Shown in pieces: positions 54,201 through 64,000 of a stretch of DNA of 64,000 nucleotides. The notes beneath the pieces are model-generated. The model made no database searches and was not told the DNA's origin. It was given only the letters and a program-made list of their open reading frames with translations. How positions within the stretch are numbered: position 1 is the stretch's first letter; each line of letters begins with the position of its first letter. A program made the position numbers and the translations under genes. Origin of the DNA: Catajapyx aquilonaris (Eukaryota); NCBI GenBank assembly GCA_000934665.2, contig KZ538305.1:1-64000 (forward strand), in the 5' to 3' direction.

Positions 54201-57200
54201 GTAAGAACCATCAACAACCTAACAACACCCAGAGATTAGCAAAAAAAAAAAACAACAACCGCAACTGTAATCTGCAGTTGCGGCTTTTTTGCTAATCACG
54301 GCTTGAACAGACAACCAAGCCCGAATCGATACGACGGGCTTTTCATTAAAATGCTTCAAGTGATGACAAGTGTTTGTTCGCTCGCTGAAAAAATTACGCT
54401 GTTATTTGGGCGTAAACCAGGTTGTAAAGGTGTTGCTGCAGACCTCTATAACGCATCGGCTTGGAAAATGGACCCGTTATTGGTTATTATTGCTTCAAGG
54501 TCGTAACTGGCGTTCTAATGACACCAAAACGGCGATGTAAGCTGTGCGTCATGTTGCTGCACCAGTTGCAGTGTGGAAACGCTTTTTAAATGGCCCCCCC
54601 AGTTGACCCCATGTCACGCAATCGAAGTCCTCAAAGAGGATTTTGTTAGCGACGTTATATGGGCGATACCTAAAATTATGATGCCGAAGCAGCGCTCCCT
54701 GCGAGCCGATACTGCATGACGCTATATTTGCCAACAAGCTACTTGGCCATGCATGAGAATATTGGTCGTAAATTTCAGATGGCAGCTGCATAACACGATT
54801 AGTCCACGGGTGCCCCAGACAGCCCCGCCCCAACTTTCTTATACACGGTCCGATTCCGGGTCTATTTCAATACCGGAGAGAGGCTTTAGGTAAAGCGCAA
54901 TGACGTCATTCGAATTCCCGGATGCAAATGGTGGGCATAATTCGCCCAGGAGGAACCGTCGGGGCAGGGCTATATAAGAAGGCGGGAGGAGATTTGGGAG
55001 ACTACGAAAGGAGATTTGGAAGAGAAAAGCTTTTTCAGCACGAATGTTGTATACCGTTGCGTCGCCAGGACTTTTATACGATGTCGTTACAGGGTAGCTG
55101 TGTTACTGGGATTTCATTTCCGGGGAGACTCATTCGAGCGATGTAAATTCAAAAGGTTGTCACTCGAGAAAGTGCAACTTTTTTAAACAAATTTTGAAGG
55201 TCGATGACAGGAATCGCATTAGCGAGCTTTGCGCTAATTGATTCTTGTTTCCCGGAATTTGCACCTTAAGGGCATTAGGGGATCAGCCCTCTTCCAATCT
55301 AGGTTCATCGCCGGTGTCCTTTCGAGGGAATCGCTAATCCCCAACACTTTGCAGTGCAAACACATTTCCGACGTCAAGGTTTTCCAGGCATAATAATTTT
55401 CTTAGTTTGCTGGCAATAGAAAATAGAAATTGCCTTGTAATACTCTATCTCTCGGAAAGAGCCTGGTGTCTGTTTAGACTGCACAGCTACTTGGGGAATT
55501 GTAATCCTATTGACTCCGAACTGCAAGTCTGCGCTCCCGGAAACGTTTCCATAGTTTATTTCACACTCGGCGATACCGTTTTGAATGCATCGGGAATCGG
55601 ATTATCCGTGGAATTATGAAGGAAAGTGAGACCTCTGTGCTCTTTTCAGGAGGAATCGGATTCCGATTTTAGTCCGTTATGCTTGTTTTGTTATCACTGG
55701 GACCATAACGCCAAAATGTGAAGAGTGGAAGGTGGCAAGTGTCTTTCTAATTGACCACTTGGAAAATTATCAGCACTTGCATGCCATTGCTCATAAAGAC
55801 GTTTGCTTTCCAAACCTGACTTTATGATTTCCCGTCTGCAACTTTGAATAGCCTGTCATTTAAATGTCAGGTGTCGTTTCTGGAGAAGATTTAGAGCTTA
55901 ATTAATCCGGGAGCATTCTGAAATTTTAGTATCCGTCTGCTACAGTGGAGAGAGAGAGAGAGGCGAATTAATTGCACAGCGGTTACGCGTCAGGATTTAC
56001 TAGGTGTGTTTTCAGCGAGCTCATTTCCGCAACCCCAATTTCTGATCCATTTGGGGAGAAACAACGGAATGTTTTTTGAGGGGTTCAGAGTTATTTCATT
56101 GAAAAGACGAATGATTTTCCATCCGAGCCTAGAGCTCTAGGGAAAGATTTTTGAAGCGGAAGTCATCTTCTTATTGCTCTTCTCCATCACATTTTTTTCC
56201 CCTCCTTCAGGGAAGCCTCGGACTAAAAACTGTATCTCTATACCTCCGAAAATTCGAACATTGTGCAGCCAAAGTTGGCAAACAGAAGCAACAAAAGGAA
56301 TTCGCCTTGGCCTCTTCCTCCTTCATGCTGCTACAAACAGCTAGATGAGGCTTGAGTCTCTGGAGACCTCTAGCTCCAAGCATGTTTACAGGCCTGAGCT
56401 TGGACATTGTCTCGTTCTTCCGATTCTTTCCTTGAGGGGAGAGCTCTCTCAAGTATTCTGTTAGAGGTTGCTAGGGTCAGCAAGACGTATTTCCAGAGGC
56501 CGACCTGCACTCAGTCTCTGTGTCTGCCCTTCGAATTTGCGGGCGCGGTCTCATCAACTGAGGCTGGGATTCAGTCGACCTAGATCCGGCTCGCCGCATG
56601 AAACCGTTCCCTTCCTGGATAATCCTCTCCTTGCCGCTTATTTACTGCCAGGAAATTATCCCGGATGGATGGTGCATGACGCCTATCATTCTCCGGGACT
56701 AATGAGCAGGTTGGGCGTTAATCGTCAGGAGAAGGGAGGAGGAATTGTCCGCAACGTATATTGTGTAGATCAACAAAGATGCGGGAGACAAACAAGGCTT
56801 GCGATTGGATTGATGCAGAAAAAAATATAGATAATATTTTTAGAGTGATAACTGTACAAATAAATTGGTGTTGTTGTAGTGGGTTGTGTATGCAAACAAA
56901 ATTGATATTGGGTCAGCCAAACGTTTGGGTTAGAAGGACGAAAAAAACATTGCCAGCAGGGTTTTGCAGCACATTGTAATTTGGTAGATTAAACAAAAAT
57001 GCGGTTGGCAAGCAGTAAATGATGCACAAATGATGCTGCAAAATGTGGTTTGATACGGTCATTAAATTTTATTATAATTAATTGTCCAGTAAGTAATGTT
57101 GCCCTGCTCTTTAGCACGTTTTTTTGTTGCCGAAGTGAAAAAAAGATAGAACGTGTAGCCTTGAAAATCAATTGTCAATATGCTAACAGCTAGAATTATT

Positions 57201-60200
57201 GATTACTCTGTGTGTATTAGTATTGATCGAATTTAGCATTCAGAGAGTACAGCGTTTGTTTTCAGCAAGTATGTGATTTAATGTGAAAGTCACGATATTG
57301 CATCCAAGTGCGAAGATAAAAATCTGACTTGAAAATAATACAAATATCATTTATTTGCATTGACTTTTTATATCATGCGTTGAGGTATCATAAAAACATG
57401 GAAACTGCTATTCTTTTGCACTGATGCACAGTTCAGTTAAACGTAAGAATAAGGAAAGAAGCAGAAATATGTGTTTTAGTGCTTGTTTTTTCATTTGATA
57501 CTTTATTTTGAAAATTAATGACTCCATTTGCATGGCCACAGTAGTGTTCATTAGGTCAAATATTCTAACTTTCAACTGCGACAGTACAAAATTTCGCTTT
57601 CACGGAGAAATCATGTTAATTGACTATTGCGTCAGTCAGTCTTCCTCAAAATACCGAAACTCTGCAACAATTAGCGTTCCAATTCGCTTGAGATTGAAAA
57701 TTGGCTCAGCCACACGTCATATTGCCCGGCTAATATTGCCACGGGATATTAACATTTTAAAATATGAGCCAGTACCATTTTGTCATCCTTGAGAGCGACT
57801 GGTTCAAAGTGGGCGAAAGAAATGGAAAGTGTAGGCAGTAACTTTCAAAGTGTCCATTGAAAATTAGCTTTCAGTTGTACTGTAGAGTTTAAGGCTTCGA
57901 GAGCAAAAATATTTCATGAAAATAGAAGTATACCGTTTGTGATCAGCAAGCTGTGTAGTTCAAGTTGTCGTGCTATATACCAAAAATAGTTCTCAAAAAG
58001 GTTATTTTTTGCCTTTAAAGCCTGTGACGATATTTTTCAAACTTTGGCTATCTGGAAAGTAACTGTATAAGGAAAATCAATAATGCGAAGGAGGAATAAA
58101 TTTGGTTCCTCATTTGAATTATTTCCATTCATAAAATCTTTTCACAAGATCATCACTCCTACTATGTATCAGAATTTAATACTTAGCTTGACTCATCATC
58201 AAGGAGACAATTACATGTCCTTATAACTAGAGTTTGTATTTGGTTGCTTCGCACTCTTGCTTATCATTACCGACTTCTGTACAATTCAGTCTCGCATTAT
58301 AATAACTACCAGTGTGATAGTTTCCAACTTGAGAAACTTGCACTTGCTAATTTGTGAGAGTTGTCCTCGTTATATTTTATCGAAATGGTGAAGACTTGGT
58401 TTCTTGCATAAGTACCCTATGTAGGTTTAGTTCGTTCCAGTCGTTTAAGACTGGCGGCACGACGCGACGGTCTGTACAGATTTTGCATCAAAAGTTTCCT
58501 TAAACTCCTTGATGGATTACTTGCCTACAGGCTCTGAGGTAAGAATAATGGAAGAGAACACCGACGAGAAATTCTGCGGAATGAAACTTCGTGCGGTTTA
58601 TAGCCTATTTTTAGGCAACAGGTCCTTCAAGAAAGCTTTAAACCCATGTCATTCGTTGGAATTGTTTAAGGAAATTCACACTATGCATGATGAAAGTGAT
58701 ATATTAATATTTTGTGAGAGGGACTAGCAGTAAAGTAACCAATACATTATTGTCACTTTACACCGTCACCCTTGGGCACAAAATGATGGCAGTGAGTGAA
58801 CACCTTTTTGAGGAAAATGAGAGCGATGTCGATTACTTGCAGTGACAAAATGATGTCAGCCAGGCGGTACTGTAATGGCAACTATTCTGATTACAACATA
58901 AAAGGGACCGCATGTTATTGATCATGCCAACAAGGTGTGACATCAATATTAAGGGACATGCAGTCCGCAAACTAAACGAGGATTGCGCCATAAAAACCTG
59001 TTATGACTTTGTTGCAGTCTCGTGTCTTAAGTGGCGTACATAATCAATACAATCCAAAAGGGAATCTAGTTACATCCCATGTCAGTTTACTCGTGACACA
59101 TGAAATATTGGATCCCCGCCTATGGCTAAGCTGCATTAAATCCGACTCTTGCAATGAAGTCATTTTAATAAAACCAGTTTTTAGGTATTGTAAAATAATG
59201 TTGTGAGGATACTGTCCCACTTTTTTTTGTCAGCTAAGCCGGCTTAGCTAGAGTCACACCAAATGCAATCTCAATCAAGTCCGGATGTCGCAAAGGGAAT
59301 CAGGAAAAGCGGGGTAAACTTCTCTCGTCCCGCGTCATTTCCGTCCTTATCTCTATCCCAGCAAATGAGGACAAACAAAATGGAATAACTTTTCAGCATT
59401 TCTCCTATCCGGCCAGCATCTTGCGCATGCGTTTCGAAAACTGGGCAAAAAAAAAATGCCATTTTTTTTACACTGGCTCTCATCAAGTGGGCTTGCTTAA
59501 TTTCCTGCCGGAAAACGAATACCTGCACAGTTTTGTTTCTAAGACGCCTCAAGTTTGCGTCTACCCCTGCACGCAACCTGTGCTGGGACAAAAGGCACGA
59601 ACCGTGCATTGTCGTGCACTCTGACGAATATAGTCGAGGCCATTACATGGCGGCGTGAAGGAAAGTGCCTCCCCTCGAACTCTGTGCCCCTCATCTCCCC
59701 TCTCCCCCCCAAGCTTTGTGTGCGTTTTCTCCCAAAGTGGTTTCCGTGGAACTTAGAGTCGTCTATTTAGGCGATGGAGACGATTCAATTTCCAAGTGGC
59801 GCCGTGCCGAAACAGGGCACGACTGGGCCATTGTCGCCAGGGCACTCTTTTCTCCTACGACCAGGGTGTCGAAAAGTGTTCACTAGAAGGAGGGGGAAAA
59901 AAAATAAAGTTGTGCCACTGTGAACATTCATGGCATGCGTGGAGCAACAAAAAAATATACAACGGTTTTTGGATTGAAAATAGTCTTGAATCTAAGTAAA
60001 TGGATGTGTATGTCTAGGGAGTACAATATTTTGATAGTTCTTACCAGAGACAATTATCGGACTCGATGTAATTTTTTGTGTCTGACTTTACATCATTTTG
60101 GGGGATTTAATTATGGAGGATGAGGGCAAATGTGAGGACTCCATGCTTCGTATTTTCACTTTGTAAATGGCTCCCATTCCAGAAAATTGCAAATAGCTGC

Positions 60201-60951
60201 CTTGTTACCCAGTGTGCGCTTATTAATAGCTGTAATTGTCTGGCACGTCCACTTTCAGAGGGGGACTCGATGTGAGTGTTCTGTCCTCATTTTCGTGCTA
60301 AAGTGAAGTATAAAGTGAGCTCTTACGTGACCCCCTCAAAGCACACCAAAAGCATTAAATGAAATGGGCCATTTCCACTGACCATTGACCTGGGAAAAGG
60401 CGACATTAGCAATCACCTGCTCTTACAAATAAAAAAGGACGATTCACTCTATATGTCGCAGTATGTGCTCTGCCTTAAGACTTCGCAACATGTGGAGTTG
60501 AAATGAACCGCAGAAGTGTGCATTCGTCTTGTCCAGTACAGCCAATTTACTGGGACCCAGTAGCAAACAATTTCCCCTCAGAACAAGATTACACTTCATA
60601 TAGAGCCCAACACCGTACTTAACTGGCCTTGTCCGAACTAGATGTCGGAAAGACGAGAGTAATTTGACAACGACACACAGCGTGAAATGTCATCCGAAGC
60701 GGAGGTGACGCTGGTGGGTGGGCAGCATTATTGCGTTCCTTGAGCTGCACATGCTGGAATGCGGATTCATCATCAGAAAGTGACCAGCCAAGGTTGTCGA
60801 TGGCCACCCATTTGTATCTTGGGGAGTTCTAAACCCCTCCCCCACCCAAGCTCCACTATTTTGGGAGGGGAGAGAGAGGACCCAATTTGGGGCGACGGAC
60901 ATTAGCGGACAAAATCCCCGCTGAGGAAATTGGATTTTTGTTTGCTGCTGT

Positions 60952-60985
<34 letters not shown>

Positions 60986-63900
60986 GTTGGAGAAGAGCTC
61001 GTTCCAGATTTTTTTGTGTGTGTGCACTTCTTTTTTTTGTAATCCTGCAGAAACTGAGGAAAACGTATTTCTAGTATCTTCATTCCGAGCGACTCTCAAG
61101 TAGAAAATGCGACCGACTGGACCTCGTCAAGGATGATAGTCCTGGTGTCTCCAGTCGAGTCCTTTTATTAGTAGGGACTGGCCACTTGGAATTGACTGCC
61201 TGGAACCCAAGGAGTCGTTTCGAACCAGCCCCGGTTTGTTTGGTCCCAATGTCCTGCTTCATTGCGACATACGTTTGTGCAGGTCCGGAATTTTATCCTT
61301 AATCTTACCCTAGCAGGAAATGAAATCCTCCCTTTTTGTTTATTGCTGGTGACACGCTGATTCGTACCTATTAAGTCCTAGAAATTAAATGTGTCGCATG
61401 GGACGGTACTGTACGGCAGGTCTGCGTATAAATGCGTGTCGGTTAGAGTAATACAAAAATTCGCCTTTGCCTGTACCCCCGAAAAACCAGGCTTGAGCTG
61501 CTGCGGTTTTTCACTTAGTCCCTGGTTGGCCTAGGCCTCCACTCTAACGGAATTACGTGTGGGAGGGTGAGGTAGGGAGGCCAACTCTTGCGGCAACTAA
61601 TCACGAAAGAGGCAGGAAGTTTGCTGTCTCAGTTTTGAAAAGCTTGGAGAGAGATTTTCCTCCGGGGAGATTTGCCTGCAACTTGGCCGAGCATTGAAGC
61701 GAAGCTAAAGGGAAAAGCCTGGGTACCGCCCTAGTCCACACATGACCGACAAAGACAAGTCTGCTGGGACCATCCCAGACCATTTGGACGGAAACCTTGT
61801 CCCAACCCACATGCACTGTACAAGTGTACAGTACACCCTACTAAATGTTGGAAATTGGGCAATTTCAAAGGGGTAAAATGCGAGATGATATTAAAATTAC
61901 AAACGGTTGGCTGAACCTGTTTCCTGCACCCACTCGTTTACTCTCATAGTTAACCGGTGTAAAACATAGGGCAGGTACCCCCTTTTTTAACAGTTTAGAA
62001 ATTAAATAATGTGAAGCTAGTGCCATGGTAATCCCAGCATAAATTGTAAATTTGTTTCAGGTTTAGGCAAATTGATGTAGTGGTCACGTCCAAACGATAC
62101 ACCGTTACGGCAGATTAGCCCTCCAAAGTGTTGACACATCGACCAAAAATAATGCAAAATAACAGGATAGTTTTTGGGATGGTATGTTATCTCCGTTTCA
62201 CGCCCGGACCTGGCTGGCGGGGCTTGTTGACGCAACTCTGTGTGTGCAACCAGCAAGGTTCACTTAATTCTCATCTCACGGCGACAAACCGTTTGGGCCG
62301 CGGTCCGCTTTATAAAATCCGGGGGAAACTTGCACTCGCTGCAAATCCAATTTGCAGCCAGTCGAGATGCGAGGGTAAGGAACACACTATTTCGCCACGG
62401 AGACAACCCCAGCCTGGATGCAGAACAATAGACTTTGCAATTGACTCCAATCCCACAGAAAATAATTGGTTAGACTCACACCTACTGGCACCTTTTCTGA
62501 ACAAGCAATCCACGATTTTCATTTAGATGTTGTCGGAAAAGCGGTGCATAAAAACTGCGAGCGAGCCCGGGTTTTCCTGAATCAATTTTATTGAAAGCTT
62601 AGCCTAATCCAATAAGTGTAAAGAGAAGTCTGACGGTGAGTGAAACGTTTGCTTCCATAGGAAGTTTTGGGGGCCGAGTGTTGAGGGGTGGTGGGGGGGG
62701 GGGGAAGGTTGCGCAGATTTCAATTAACCGACTTGAAGAGGAACATTTTCGGCGTGAAAGAGGGAAGCAAGGTTTTGAGGGCTTGCCTGCTTCTGAATCT
62801 CCGGGAACCAATCCTTTATTTACTATCCTGGCTGCTCCCCATCTGATGGAGTTATTTAATGGAGGAAGTTTGGGACGGCGGTGAACACGCGTCCTGCTTC
62901 ATTATGTGTCTCCGAATGTTGGCACATCAGGAGACAAAAGGGGCCCAAGCCTTTTGTGTCGATTTCTCCGCAAGGACGACCCCCCGGCTGGCTGGCTCTA
63001 TTGAGGCCTAGATAGGAGAACCTGAACACCTCCGCAAGATCGAAGTTCCAGATGTTAATAGACCCGAGCTAGACAAGCTTGGGCGGATGCGCCACTGTTT
63101 ACGGCCCTTGCTACGTGTTCCAAATGGATCGGCTGAAGTGTTTTTCGAGCCGGAAAAAAAACTGGAGGCCAAAGGATGTGACCTGTGAGGAAACGGAATG
63201 ATTTCCCCCGGAAACACGACCAGATATCGTGCCAAATGAGTCGAGCTTCTCCGATAAAGACTCCGAGCCCCGCTTTGCATTTTTGTGTGTCCCTGATATC
63301 CCGAAGACGGAAAAAAGAGCTTGTCTTTTCTCAAGTGTCTTTTCCGGAGCAATTTGTAAGTTGCAGAGCTTACCAGCCTAATCCCGTCGCACATGTAGCT
63401 TCAGAGGCAACGGCAGAGAAATATTATTCGAGATGCGCACTCTCTCTCTCTCTCTCATTACCATCAGCAGCCTGGGAAGGGTTAGTATCAGAAGCACACA
63501 GCTATGGGAAAGGGGAACAGGAGCCAGGCCACCAAGTTAAGAGATTGGATGGTTGTTCGTGCAAGGAAGGTAGGCGAAGGAGGACCAAGATAATGTTGTC
63601 ATCACCTGTGGGAATTAAGCTCGCATTCTGCTTCCCAAACTAAACTAGTAAGCCGTAAAGGGAGGGCTTATCGAAGATAGAAACGCTCGTAAGTGTTCAT
63701 AAGGGCTGTTTGACGATGTGCAGCTTCGGGGCAAAACCGGAGCTCCTGTAACAAGATGTTACCCTCTTCTCTCTTTTTTAAAGAAAAAAAAGTGTGTATT
63801 CCAGCAGGGATCTCAAAGTTTGGAGAAATCTTGGCTGGCAAATCTGTCCCGTGTTGACGCCCCCCAATAGTGGCGTGACCTGCACTAATGCAGAATATCC

Positions 63901-64000
63901 AAAAAGAGTGTCCCGCAATGCGGAAGAAGCGCCAGCTTGGCAAAGGAAAAGGCGTCCGAAACACTAAACGCTTGGTTGTATTCTGCTGCTCCAAAAATTC

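Noticed and set aside
53328..54217. Long poly-Arg, poly-Ser, poly-Gly and poly-Leu ORFs
   Set aside because: These are alternative frames of a GC-rich (GAG)n tract with no domain signal.
54895..54985. TGACGTCA and TATATAA as a promoter
   Set aside because: These short motifs are expected by chance and no downstream gene was recognised.

Overview
Eukaryotic (metazoan, most likely arthropod) genomic DNA: short spliceosomal introns of about 55-85 nt, microsatellites, and many DNA transposons and MITEs. I assembled gene models by hand from splice sites and reading frame. The left 26 kb holds four intron-containing genes, all on the minus strand. (1) A previously hidden odorant-binding-protein-like secreted gene (about 1450-2837, 3' end not found). 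(2) A 9-exon cathepsin-D/pepsin-family aspartic protease of 382 aa that lacks the lysosomal proline loop. (3) A 7-exon mitochondrial family-I CoA-transferase (acetyl-CoA hydrolase/ASCT type, 484 aa). (4) A 12-exon, intact but highly divergent SLC23/NAT nucleobase-ascorbate transporter (629 aa) with a degenerate substrate-binding signature and two GC-AG introns. A nested TE cluster at 14.5-17.6 kb contains a Tc1/mariner derivative, a LINE ORF1 plus endonuclease, and a hAT MITE. Other elements are a tRNA-derived SINE with TSD, several fold-back MITEs inside introns, and a piggyBac-type MITE. The right ~38 kb is essentially non-coding except for a probable signal-peptide first coding exon at 54116-54200 (+) of a large gene that continues beyond the window. 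Nearly all short ORFs in the supplied track are spurious. All family assignments rest on motif recognition, not database searches.
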